A DNA stretch of 64,000 nucleotides from a virus, in IMG/VR virus record IMGVR_UViG_3300049846_002130, positions 32,001 through 96,000 of that record; one strand, given 5' to 3'. How positions within the stretch are numbered: the stretch's first letter is position 1; the number at the start of each line of letters is the position of its first letter. This document shows, piece by piece, positions 56,081 through 64,000 of the stretch. A model generated the notes under the pieces. It had not been told where the DNA came from. It ran no database searches and saw nothing but the letters and a program-made list of their open reading frames with translations. A program made the position numbers and the translations under genes.

Positions 56081-56646
56081 TTAATATTCTCCTTAATGTA
56101 TCTGTAAGGTACTTCCGTGGTAGTAATAGCTTTCAGTCTGGGAAAACTAAATTCTACTAAAGCAATACTATAAACATATCTTTGATATGGGTCCATTCTT
56201 TCAAGTTCAATTTTATTTGAGATACCTTCTTCATCTATATAATGATACTCAAGAGGGGGAGGTATAAAGACTTTACGCTCGGATACCGATGCAATGTAAT
56301 TAGAGACATGGATCACAATCTGTCTTTTTAGAAGTAGGGCGGGAATAGATGGTGTCGAGTGGTTAAATACTTTAAATCCTCTAATTTGTTTTAAGTAAAT
56401 AATTGCTATGTCCTGCCAGGCATCCTCAGAATCTATATTGGTTTTGAACTTACTGAAATCTGCACGATTAAAAAACTCAGCCATTCGATATGAGATATTT
56501 TTTGCTATAGGGTTATATAGCATATCTATCCAATGATCAATATCAGGAATCAGTAGTTGAAATATTTTTTCTACTTCTTTTTGGTTTAGAAGATTTACTA
56601 GTTCCTGATGGGTTATCTGCAGGTTTCTGAAGATTGGCTCTCTCAT
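56077..56646 (-). CDS. Putative sigma-70/ECF-like phage sigma factor (divergent)
   Basis: DSEDAWQDIAIIYLKQIRGF resembles region 2 (EDLxQE). LERMDPYQRYVYSIALVEFSF resembles region 4.1. Confidence 0.5.
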   Translation of the reverse strand: MREPIFRNLQITHQELVNLLNQKEVEKIFQLLIPDIDHWIDMLYNPIAKNISYRMAEFFNRADFSKFKTNIDSEDAWQDIAIIYLKQIRGFKVFNHSTPSIPALLLKRQIVIHVSNYIASVSERKVFIPPPLEYHYIDEEGISNKIELERMDPYQRYVYSIALVEFSFPRLKAITTTEVPYRYIKENIK

Positions 56647-57094
56647 GTATATAAGTATATCCTAATGCCAGAGCATCTGCTTCATTATCATCTTTTGCTT
56701 CGAAGGAAAAGGTTTTGTTAGCCCACAAAATCATTTCTTCTTTTTGCGCGCGCCCATTACCAGTACAAAATTTCTTAGCTTGAGTCGGGGCAATACCATA
56801 TATGGGAATGTCTTGAAGATATGTCGTGGCCTGGAGCATTGAGACAATTCCGCCATACACTAAGGCAGCTTGTGAACTACTCCAGCGTTTAACAGCCTCG
56901 TATACAACTGTGTCTGGTTTATAGTAAACCAGGAGATTTTTGAATGCCTCAAGAGCATTATTAAATCTTTGTCCAGAATGCTGATTCTTTATTGTAGAAA
57001 AATTAAGAACCCCGCTAGAAACCCTTTGAGAGTCTTCAAAGAAAGCCCAGCCACAAGTGGTTGCTGGGTCTATTGATAATACTCTACTACTCAT
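56543..57094 (-). CDS. ruvC: Holliday junction resolvase, RuvC-like
   Basis: VLSIDPA, YEAV, KKFCTGNGRAQKEEM and DDNEADALA motifs. Confidence 0.9.
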   Translation of the reverse strand: MSSRVLSIDPATTCGWAFFEDSQRVSSGVLNFSTIKNQHSGQRFNNALEAFKNLLVYYKPDTVVYEAVKRWSSSQAALVYGGIVSMLQATTYLQDIPIYGIAPTQAKKFCTGNGRAQKEEMILWANKTFSFEAKDDNEADALALGYTYIHERANLQKPADNPSGTSKSSKPKRSRKNISTTDS

Positions 57095-57672
57095 TGAATA
57101 CTCCTATATGGAATAATCTTGTCTACAAGTTTATGCTTTTTGGCTTCACGAGCTGTAATGTAATTATGTGTTGTGCTTGTTCCAAATATATCTGCAAAGT
57201 TTTGTTTGTTTATATTTAAACGTTTGGAGATAAGTTCCTGCATTTGGGTATTGCACCATTTATAGTGTTTATAAAGTTCTTCGCCAGCATTGGCACTTTC
57301 TACTATGTTCCAGCTAATCACGTTGTGGTAGAAGAACGTAGTGGCAGGAGTGCACTGTCTAATATCTCCCGCCATATAAACAAGTAGTGCAGCTGATCCG
57401 ACAAATCCAACACCAAAGGCCAATATTGGATTAGGAACTGTTCTTAAGATATCAAATATTGCAAGACCAGCATAGAAGCTGCCTCCAGGAGAATTAATAA
57501 TAACCTGTATGGGGGCAGTTTTATCCAGGGTCTGCAGGGTTAGTATTTGGCCGATTGCCTTGGAAGCTCCTTCGTCTGTTATTTCTCCTGTAATTTCTAC
57601 AGAACGAGTAGTGGGTCCAAAGTAGGAATTTTCTTTTGGCCAAAGTTGAAATTCAGGTTGAGATTGACTCAT
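57091..57672 (-). CDS. clpP: ClpP-like protease subunit
   Basis: IINSPGGSFYAGLAIFD, GSAA (S93), FYH (H116) and ITAREAKKHKLVD motifs. Confidence 0.85.
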   Translation of the reverse strand: MSQSQPEFQLWPKENSYFGPTTRSVEITGEITDEGASKAIGQILTLQTLDKTAPIQVIINSPGGSFYAGLAIFDILRTVPNPILAFGVGFVGSAALLVYMAGDIRQCTPATTFFYHNVISWNIVESANAGEELYKHYKWCNTQMQELISKRLNINKQNFADIFGTSTTHNYITAREAKKHKLVDKIIPYRSIQ

Positions 57673-58120
57673 TAATTAACTCCAGGAGTAGATTGGCAGA
57701 TAGACTTTCTTTTAATTTATATGGAATTTCCAAATAGTTAAATCCATTTTGTAGAGCAATTCCTTTTTTAGCTGTGTCTCTAAATTTAAGAAGATTGTAA
57801 TTAATTAATTTTTCTCTAATTGAGATAGTGCCAAAGCTAGTTGCTTTATAATGCTGATTACCGTGTAGTTCTATAATTAGCATCAGCTCTTTAATATACC
57901 AATCATAATGATGATTGGTATATTCATATTCAGGAAATAGATCACATACATTAACTTCTTGATAACAAGTTAATTTTGCAAATGGTAGTTCTGTACAAAG
58001 AACTGTTCTTAGGGCTTCGTGAAATTGGCTTTTGTTTGATAGTTGTTCATACTGTGTATGGTATTTTGCCAAAGACAGACAGTCCTTCTTTTCCTGCTTT
58101 AATTTCTCGTCTACTTCCAA
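57653..58120 (-). CDS. DUF559/very-short-patch-like PD-(D/E)XK endonuclease
   Basis: HYDWYIKELMLIIELHGNQHY...RDTAKK...GFNYLEIPY. The TTG start is uncertain. Confidence 0.7.
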   Translation of the reverse strand: MEVDEKLKQEKKDCLSLAKYHTQYEQLSNKSQFHEALRTVLCTELPFAKLTCYQEVNVCDLFPEYEYTNHHYDWYIKELMLIIELHGNQHYKATSFGTISIREKLINYNLLKFRDTAKKGIALQNGFNYLEIPYKLKESLSANLLLELINESIST

Positions 58121-58397
58121 TTTCTAAAAGCCTATGTTCATGTAGGAAGGCTATTAAGTCGTAGAACTCTTGGTTATCAGATATTTTTTTAAAGAGACCG
58201 GGACTAGTTGGGTCTACTTCTTCTACCCACATCTTATTAGCCTCTATATCTGCATAGGCACAATATTCTTTAAGCCCACGATGAACCGTAGCTAAATGTA
58301 TATATGGTTGGCCTTTACTATTGCAACCAAAGATTTTCTTATCTAGTGGTTGATAAACATCATTAGTAATAGTAAATCCTGTACCAAAACTTTTCAT
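58047..58397 (-). CDS. Hypothetical protein
   Basis: AAGGAG RBS and an ATGA overlap favour the ATG at 58397 over the track's 58421. Confidence 0.7.
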   Translation of the reverse strand: MKSFGTGFTITNDVYQPLDKKIFGCNSKGQPYIHLATVHRGLKEYCAYADIEANKMWVEEVDPTSPGLFKKISDNQEFYDLIAFLHEHRLLEIGSRREIKAGKEGLSVFGKIPYTV

Positions 58398-59158
58398 TTT
58401 AGTCTCCTTGCTGGAAAGCATATAGGTTTAAACTCGCATGAATGTGCGCATGGTGTTAATGGAAAGTGATACTTTGTTTCTAGCAATTTAACTGGTTGCT
58501 CAAGAAACTCAAGCCAGGTTCTTTTTTCCATTGATTTGTCATATTGCAACGAAGTGTAAGCTACATCTTCATTACTATTATTAGTACTAAATAGATGTAG
58601 CTTAGCTTCGGTTGAGGTGGTTGAGAGTGGGGTGTTAGCTCCCAATGTTTGTACCTTAAGTAAACTGATTAGATCAGATTCCATATCTCTTATTGTGTTG
58701 TAAGGTACAAAGCTTATAGCATGTAATGTTTTTGCTCGACTAACCTTTTGGGTTCCCCATACTCTCGGAGATACTAGCTGTAAGGAATTTATATTAAGTC
58801 TTAAGCTCGAGTGGCTTATGTTAACAAAGTAATCAAATGGACCGAATATTGGTATATAGATACTAGGATTTAGGATTTCTAAGACTTGGTTAACTGCTAA
58901 AACAGCATGACGAATATCTTCTTGAATTTCAATAATATTGTTTTTATTTTGTTTTAATAACTTAGTTTCCAAATAGCGACTATGAAAATAAAGGCTTTGT
59001 TTATAATCAAAGTTTATGTCTTTTAAAAGATCTTGAACCAACCTGTTATATAGGTTCTCTACATATTGAAGTTTTTTAGAAGCAGTAAGGTTGCCCCCTT
59101 TGTGATGAAATTCCGAACATTTGATATAGGCTCGGAGTTCAGACTCTTCTATTCTCAT
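58394..59158 (-). CDS. PD-(D/E)XK (RecB/Cas4-like) fold protein, apparently degenerate
   Basis: N-terminal SELRAYIKCSE and C-terminal CAHSCEFKPIC give the 1+3 Cys layout. The catalytic D/ExK residues are not recognisable. Confidence 0.5.
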   Translation of the reverse strand: MRIEESELRAYIKCSEFHHKGGNLTASKKLQYVENLYNRLVQDLLKDINFDYKQSLYFHSRYLETKLLKQNKNNIIEIQEDIRHAVLAVNQVLEILNPSIYIPIFGPFDYFVNISHSSLRLNINSLQLVSPRVWGTQKVSRAKTLHAISFVPYNTIRDMESDLISLLKVQTLGANTPLSTTSTEAKLHLFSTNNSNEDVAYTSLQYDKSMEKRTWLEFLEQPVKLLETKYHFPLTPCAHSCEFKPICFPARRLK

Positions 59159-59661
59159 ACAGCAGTAAAGTAGGCTAAACTATAATTATCAGGGTCTTGT
59201 GTGTACCAGTATCCTGCTGAGGTTATTGGACAATTATAACTGTTGTCATAATTAATCTTAATATCAGTATTAGGAGTTTTAGACCAATTGCCTGGAGCTA
59301 AATAGTGAGACTCAAGCTGAGTTGATCCAACCTTATTGACTTCTACAATTTTGCGAATGTTTTCAATAACTTCTTTAGATAGAGTTTCTGCTTCTTTTAC
59401 TTTAGGATCTAGTTTAGCAGCAGGAGTTATTTGATCGAAGAGTGGAGATAGAACAATGTCACTTAGAGCCTCTTCGTCAATTTCTCGTATATCAGTATTA
59501 GTTGAAACAAAATTATAAGTTGTTTCATCTTCATCTAGATTATCTTTTATTTCAAAATAAAAGAAATCACTATCATATTCGAAGTTTACTAAGGACAAAG
59601 ACATTTCTTCTAAAAGCTCTAGGGTTTTAAGGTAAAGCTTATCTATTAGGAGGTCATTCAT
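59155..59661 (-). CDS. Acidic hypothetical protein
   Basis: 168 aa, coupled to its neighbours. No recognised motif. Confidence 0.65.
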   Translation of the reverse strand: MNDLLIDKLYLKTLELLEEMSLSLVNFEYDSDFFYFEIKDNLDEDETTYNFVSTNTDIREIDEEALSDIVLSPLFDQITPAAKLDPKVKEAETLSKEVIENIRKIVEVNKVGSTQLESHYLAPGNWSKTPNTDIKINYDNSYNCPITSAGYWYTQDPDNYSLAYFTAV

Positions 59662-59662
59662 T

Positions 59663-59857
59663 TTAACCTATTCTCCATGCGTTTACTGTATGATGGCGGC
59701 CTTGTGACCAATTAGGTGTAAGTACTTTAACTAATGTGCTCTTGCAAGAGTCACACTCTGGTATTTCATCTGAGGTATGCATTAGCTCTATAAGCATGTC
59801 GTACTTAGCGCATAAAGTATTCTTACATTTAAAATCATTAATTTTCCAGTTGCTCAT
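59663..59857 (-). CDS. FmdB-like zinc-ribbon protein
   Basis: FKCKNTLC...PECDSCKSTLVKVLT, two Cys pairs in 64 aa. Confidence 0.7.
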   Translation of the reverse strand: MSNWKINDFKCKNTLCAKYDMLIELMHTSDEIPECDSCKSTLVKVLTPNWSQGRHHTVNAWRIG

Positions 59858-59882
59858 AATTTCTAGCCTTTAGAAAATATAA

Positions 59883-59905
59883 AGTCTTGCTTTTAAAGCA
59901 AGACT
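59883..59905. promoter_or_regulatory. Near-perfect 23-bp palindrome (terminator on - strand or operator)
   Basis: AGTCTTGCTT-TTA-AAGCAAGACT in a 120-nt intergenic gap. On the - strand it is followed by TTATATTTT. Confidence 0.55.
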
Positions 59906-59977
59906 CCAGTTTGATAAAGTACTTGAGATATTCTTGACCCAAGGATTAGGTATTTTATTAACACTGATTTAATCTTG

Positions 59978-60277
59978 TTAATCATCATTGTCCCAAACAT
60001 TTGGAACCTCTACTTCGGGGCTTGAGCTATGAAGTCTCTTAATATGCTCATTTAGAAATATTGGACAGCTTTCTATATTTTTTAGCTTAGCTTCTTTCCA
60101 TTCCATAACAGCAACTGTTCCATCTACGATATCATTGGTTTTAAGTAAGCCTTTAATTACCAAGGTCTGTCTGAGCCTGGGTACTGGATTGCCTAAATAG
60201 ACAATTTTACCGGTCTCTAGAAAATAAAATTTTCTGTCTCTATAGGAAAGAAATCCCTTAGTCTTATCGTTTAACAT
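59978..60277 (-). CDS. Hypothetical protein
   Basis: 99 aa with a GAGG RBS. No recognised motif. Confidence 0.65.
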   Translation of the reverse strand: MLNDKTKGFLSYRDRKFYFLETGKIVYLGNPVPRLRQTLVIKGLLKTNDIVDGTVAVMEWKEAKLKNIESCPIFLNEHIKRLHSSSPEVEVPNVWDNDD

Positions 60278-60283
60278 TTAACC

Positions 60284-60670
60284 TCACATATGAACTCTAA
60301 TAGAATCTTTAGAATTATCGTATGTACTTGCTTCAACTAAAAGTACATCACTGGTTAGAGCGCATAGCTGGTGTAAAAATCCAGGGGGCACGACTACAGC
60401 TTCTAAAGGGTTAACTAAGTATTCTTCTGGTTCTGTTGTTACCGGATGAATTGTTTTTAAAAGTAGGGCACCACTTATTACAAGTAATGTTTCATGTTTA
60501 TCAATATGAAAATGCATGGAGCCACAGGAACTAGATTTGATGGTTAGGGTTTTTAGGCAATACTTTTCATTCATATAAGTATTTTCCTCGCCCCATCGCT
60601 TTTCAGTTGTTAGGATACCCTTTTTAAGTATCTTTGCTACCGATTCACTAGCTCCTATTTTATATTCCAT
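60284..60670 (-). CDS. Cupin-fold protein (sugar isomerase-like)
   Basis: KRWGEE..., SMHFHIDKHETLLVISG and VPPGFLHQL...LVEAST are the two cupin motifs. Confidence 0.8.
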   Translation of the reverse strand: MEYKIGASESVAKILKKGILTTEKRWGEENTYMNEKYCLKTLTIKSSSCGSMHFHIDKHETLLVISGALLLKTIHPVTTEPEEYLVNPLEAVVVPPGFLHQLCALTSDVLLVEASTYDNSKDSIRVHM

Positions 60671-61677
60671 TATACCCCTAATAATCTTTTAATCTTTCTA
60701 ATAAAGTCTTTTCTTTCTGTTTTGCTTGTTAGTTTAGCCTGTCCTAGAATTTTTGCTCTAGTTTCTGGATCTTTATTCCAAGAATCTAACTTGTTATTAA
60801 ACTCATACCTAGCAGCTGCAGTAGTAAGAAGATTAAGTGCTTCTTGTTCTGGAGCAGAGAGACTAATTGTATCACGTTTGAAATCACACCAAGCCATGTA
60901 AGCATATGGGCACCACGCTTCCACTATCTTACCAATAAGGTTAGCTATTTCTCTAATCTCTTGTTGGGCATGTGGGTCTGTTCTTAGCCACATGAAGTGT
61001 AGCAAATTGTGGAGGTCTTGTTTATAATACACCTCCGTATAGGTACTCATTGGTAGATCCTTACGGGCCTGCTCTCTAGCCACACCCAGAGCAAGACGCT
61101 CTAGATATACCTCTCTGGCAAGGTCCTGAAGTTGCTGCTCTCTACTTGAGAGGTACTGGTTTATATCTAAGCCAAGCTGCTCAGCCTCGGTCCACAAGTC
61201 AAAGAGAATATTAGCTTTGCTCCCAAGCAAAGCTAATAGCTCGACCTCTCGTTCAGGACTGATTGGAAAAGGCCAGGCTGTTATAGCTTCGCCAGAGCCT
61301 TGTTTATTGTCTTTGGATTGGGAGCGCCAGGTTTGTGCTGTCATCATATCGTCAATAGCTATGGAATATCGGGTGCTATACTCGTTCACGTTTGCCGTGC
61401 GGTGTCGCACCATTTGGCGCCATGTATCTATGCTTAGCCTAATATGTAATTTAATTTCACATTGCTCTAGTGGCGAAGTGTGGTGATGATTGACCAGGTA
61501 ACGGATAAGCTGCTTATCTTCAGTTACTGACTTGGTCCCGGCACCATAAGATATACGAGCTGCTTGACAGATAGCTTGGTCGTCACCCATGGTGTCAACT
61601 AGGTAAAGCCAGCCTCCAGATCCAAACTTTTGAGGATTGTTAGCTCCAAACTGTTCTAATAGCTCCTGCTTTGTCAT
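60670..61677 (-). CDS. thyX: Flavin-dependent thymidylate synthase
   Basis: AARISY, HTSPLE, RQMVRHRTANVNEYSTRYS (RHRx7SxR signature) and HAQQEIR motifs. Confidence 0.95.
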   Translation of the reverse strand: MTKQELLEQFGANNPQKFGSGGWLYLVDTMGDDQAICQAARISYGAGTKSVTEDKQLIRYLVNHHHTSPLEQCEIKLHIRLSIDTWRQMVRHRTANVNEYSTRYSIAIDDMMTAQTWRSQSKDNKQGSGEAITAWPFPISPEREVELLALLGSKANILFDLWTEAEQLGLDINQYLSSREQQLQDLAREVYLERLALGVAREQARKDLPMSTYTEVYYKQDLHNLLHFMWLRTDPHAQQEIREIANLIGKIVEAWCPYAYMAWCDFKRDTISLSAPEQEALNLLTTAAARYEFNNKLDSWNKDPETRAKILGQAKLTSKTERKDFIRKIKRLLGV

Positions 61678-61976
61678 TCTGGTATCTCACTACACTGCAG
61701 GAGTACCTCGTGCATTATTTGTTTCTGACATAGTTCGAATACAATTTTGATTAATCTTTTGGGATCCGATTGAAACTGGTAAGTAAGCATATACTTCGAT
61801 ATAGGTGTTTTTATTCTTGCTTCTGTTGCTTTTTTACCACTACGGTATTTGAATGCTACTTCAAGATAATATGTTTCATTAAGTAGGTCTTCTGTTATAG
61901 AGTATCTAAGTCTATTTTTAAGGATATATTTGAACTTAAATGTCTTTAGATATTCTTGAATTTCTTCTAGTGTCAT
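61674..61976 (-). CDS. Hypothetical protein
   Basis: 100 aa with GGAG RBS and an ATGA overlap with thyX. Confidence 0.65.
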   Translation of the reverse strand: MTLEEIQEYLKTFKFKYILKNRLRYSITEDLLNETYYLEVAFKYRSGKKATEARIKTPISKYMLTYQFQSDPKRLIKIVFELCQKQIMHEVLLQCSEIPE

Positions 61977-61984
61977 ATGTCTCC

Positions 61985-62019
61985 ATAAAATAGGCCACCA
62001 GTGTTACTGGTGGCCTATT
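61985..62019 (-). terminator. Probable intrinsic terminator or RNA hairpin
   Basis: AATAGGCCACCAGT-GTT-ACTGGTGGCCTATT is a perfect 14-bp stem. On the - strand it ends in TATTTTAT. Confidence 0.7.
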
Positions 62020-62037
62020 AGCACATCTGTTAGTAGA

Positions 62038-62409
62038 TTATTCTCTAACTTTTAGAACCTCAGTTTCATCAATCGCTACTTTGTTGGCAGCCATTAGCTT
62101 AAAGAGCCCCTTAAGAGCCTCTCTTTCACCTAAGTACTTTTCCGATACACTTTCTAGAAGGGTTTCTAGAGTATCGTGGCCGGCTTTAATGTCTTCAAGA
62201 AGTAGCTCTTGAACTTCTTTAGCTAGCTCAAGCTCCTCTGCCTTAGCTGCAATTGGTAAACCTAGAAAGCTATTAGGAGCTACAAGAATATAAACAGTTG
62301 ATTCTTGAGTAATAGAGATCTCAACTACTTCTAGTTTAGGTATTCTGCAGATAGATTTATCTTTGAAAGAAACAACATCTCCAATTTTAAAGTCGGTTGT
62401 ATATGTCAT
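62038..62409 (-). CDS. Hypothetical protein with SH3/KOW-like N-terminus
   Basis: FKIGDVVSFK...LEVVEI...YIL pattern, with a strong AGGAGGAG RBS. Confidence 0.7.
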   Translation of the reverse strand: MTYTTDFKIGDVVSFKDKSICRIPKLEVVEISITQESTVYILVAPNSFLGLPIAAKAEELELAKEVQELLLEDIKAGHDTLETLLESVSEKYLGEREALKGLFKLMAANKVAIDETEVLKVRE

Positions 62410-62458
62410 TGATCTCCTCCTTATTGTTTTGTGACAATGGGTTTAGCTTAGTTTTTAT

Positions 62459-62668
62459 CTAAGCTCCATCGTCTTCTCTATCATTATTAATAAATTGTAT
62501 TTCTTCTGGTAGGTCTATATCAATAAGTTGACCTGACAAATAAGCCAAAAAGAATTTAGCAACCCTTTTTGAATCCGGGGTTAATGTGTTCTTAAGTGAT
62601 ACAAGTTCTTGTTTATAAAACCTTGCGAGACGTCGAGCTAGATATAGCTCTGTTTCTGTGAGTGTCAT
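62459..62668 (-). CDS. Hypothetical protein
   Basis: 69 aa, ATGA-type coupling to the upstream gene. Confidence 0.55.
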   Translation of the reverse strand: MTLTETELYLARRLARFYKQELVSLKNTLTPDSKRVAKFFLAYLSGQLIDIDLPEEIQFINNDREDDGA

Positions 62669-62874
62669 CTTTTTCCTGTAATAAATTGTATTGGCGATAT
62701 TTGAAAAAAGAATTCGGGATCTTCTTTAATTTGTAAATCTTTTTTAGACGGGAAGGTCCAGTGTTGGGTAATTGGATCCCAGGAGCAGCCCACCATCTTG
62801 TTGTTAAAGATGGTGGGCCATCGACCAATACCGCTAATAGCTATATCTTTAGAAATCTTTATCATCTTCGTCAT
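62665..62874 (-). CDS. Hypothetical protein
   Basis: 69 aa, overlapping the helicase 3' end. Confidence 0.5.
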   Translation of the reverse strand: MTKMIKISKDIAISGIGRWPTIFNNKMVGCSWDPITQHWTFPSKKDLQIKEDPEFFFQISPIQFITGKR

Positions 62875-63994
62875 TATAGTCAGTATCTATTTCTAGACCT
62901 GAACTTATAGCTCTGGGTATAAAGCTACGACTGGGTTCTGTGCTAGGTGCACCATACTCAATTTCTCTAATTGCTTGCTGCATAGTGATTTGTTTTAGGG
63001 TGGTGGTGTCCGGATCTAGATCAACAGCCAATTTATCTTTGAAGGAACTAATCTTGTTCTTAGATATATCAAGAGCAAGTCTTGGTAGCTTCTTTTCTGG
63101 ATGCATTGGGTTAGACCAGAAAATTTCACAATTCTCTTTTCTATCGTTATGATCGTTATAAACATGAATGATTACATCGGCTTTATATTTTAGGCCTCTG
63201 GAATCAGCAATGTCATCATTGGATGGCCATTTAATCTTGCCAGTATCTAGTCCCTGACTGTTCTTTCTATACTCTACGGTAGCCCACATAGCACATTTAT
63301 ATTTAATACCTAGATTCTTTTGAGTCAAAGAAATTAGTTTCATGCGCTGTGTTTGGTCTAGATTAGGATGGTCGGTATAGTCATGAGTATTATCTGCGAC
63401 ACAAAGTAACTTTTTATTTGGATACTTCATTCTCAGATAACGTAATTGCTTTTCAATTACAGATAGGGTTGTCCCATCTTCGCCATCCATAACAATTATT
63501 TTCTCACTAGCTATTAGATTCCTCATGACTAAAGCAGCTGTTTTGTATAGAGCAGATATCTCTGGGTCAGTAATTAGCGTAGGATTGTTAGCATCATAAA
63601 TAGAAAGCTTTTGTTTTTGATGTTGTAAGAAAGCAAAGTTGGTTAAGAATCTACCTTCTAGTTTCTTATAATTATCATCAATAAAATGAAAGAGAACAAC
63701 TACGTCTGGATCACTAAATGCGATATCACAAGCTAGTGCAATCATGGTCGCGGTCTTACCAGCATTTTCGCGCCCACCAAAATAGAAGAGTGAGCCTTCT
63801 GTCCACGGTAGGCCCTTAGCAAATGCATCGGCAAAGAATGTGTAATATCCAAATTGGAATGCATTAAACTTAGCGTTGGCTTCAGTCTTAGCATTTTGTA
63901 ATGCTTCGAACCTTTGAAGTTGATAATTAACACCCATTGTAGACTTAGCGTATTCAAGTTCTATTTGTTGAACTTCTTTCTCGTGGATAGACAT
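62849..63994 (-). CDS. dnaB: DnaB-like (SF4) replicative helicase, possibly 5'-truncated
   Basis: Walker A GGRENAGKT, VADN (H2), SNDDIADSRGLKYKADVII (H4) and ISKNK. The frame stays open to base 64000, so the true start may lie outside the window. Confidence 0.8.
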   Translation of the reverse strand: MSIHEKEVQQIELEYAKSTMGVNYQLQRFEALQNAKTEANAKFNAFQFGYYTFFADAFAKGLPWTEGSLFYFGGRENAGKTATMIALACDIAFSDPDVVVLFHFIDDNYKKLEGRFLTNFAFLQHQKQKLSIYDANNPTLITDPEISALYKTAALVMRNLIASEKIIVMDGEDGTTLSVIEKQLRYLRMKYPNKKLLCVADNTHDYTDHPNLDQTQRMKLISLTQKNLGIKYKCAMWATVEYRKNSQGLDTGKIKWPSNDDIADSRGLKYKADVIIHVYNDHNDRKENCEIFWSNPMHPEKKLPRLALDISKNKISSFKDKLAVDLDPDTTTLKQITMQQAIREIEYGAPSTEPSRSFIPRAISSGLEIDTDYNDEDDKDF

Positions 63995-64000
63995 AAGAGC

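Larger units (their letters stand above)
1..64000. mobile_element. Segment of a large contractile-tailed (myovirus-like, probably jumbo) phage genome
   Basis: Capsid, sheath, tube, hub, gp25-like and baseplate-J genes in canonical order on +. Phage-type replication and nucleotide genes on -. Very dense packing and no host housekeeping operons. Whether it is a prophage or a lytic phage cannot be decided from this window. Confidence 0.95.

Noticed and set aside
58394-59158. CRISPR-associated cas4
   Set aside because: No cas genes or array are nearby, the catalytic motifs are missing, and stand-alone proteins of this fold are common in phages.
60670-61677. Intein or intron in the longer-than-usual thyX
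   Set aside because: The extra segment is short and helical, with no Cys-start/His-Asn-end splice motifs and no homing endonuclease.
62445-62465. AGCTTAG/CTAAGCT hairpin as a terminator
   Set aside because: The 7-bp stem is AT-rich, overlaps a stop codon and has no U tract on the coding strand.
1-64000. Alternative genetic code (stop-codon reassignment)
   Set aside because: Long ORFs tile both blocks under the standard code, and TAA, TAG and TGA all end well-coupled genes.
1-64000. CRISPR arrays, tRNAs, rRNAs, integrase or transposase
   Set aside because: No repeat-spacer pattern or cloverleaf was seen, the largest intergenic gap is 120 nt, and no recombinase motifs were found.

Overview
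This window is a 64-kb segment of a large, probably jumbo, contractile-tailed dsDNA phage. It uses the standard genetic code (TAA, TAG and TGA all end genes) and has strong AGGAG-type RBSs. No host-chromosome genes, integrase, tRNAs or CRISPR arrays are visible. The + strand (1-55354) is a morphogenesis cluster: prohead protease/scaffold (5'-truncated), decoration protein, HK97-like major capsid, neck proteins, tail sheath, three tube-fold paralogs, two tail chaperones, two large tape-measure-slot proteins, a 2786-aa baseplate hub with an M23 peptidase, wedge/baseplate/fibre genes, a GT9-FkbM-HAD glycan cassette and a holin-like gene. The - strand (55351-64000) converges on it and carries a sigma-like protein, RuvC, ClpP, two PD-(D/E)XK-fold proteins, a zinc ribbon, a cupin, ThyX and a DnaB-like helicase. 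The standout is the 1668-aa gene in the tape-measure slot (17895-22901). It carries, in the right order, motifs of both double-psi beta-barrels of cellular-type RNA polymerases, including an intact DFDGD, so it is a candidate single-chain virion RNA polymerase delivered through a contractile tail. All family calls are from motif recognition by eye; no database searches were run.
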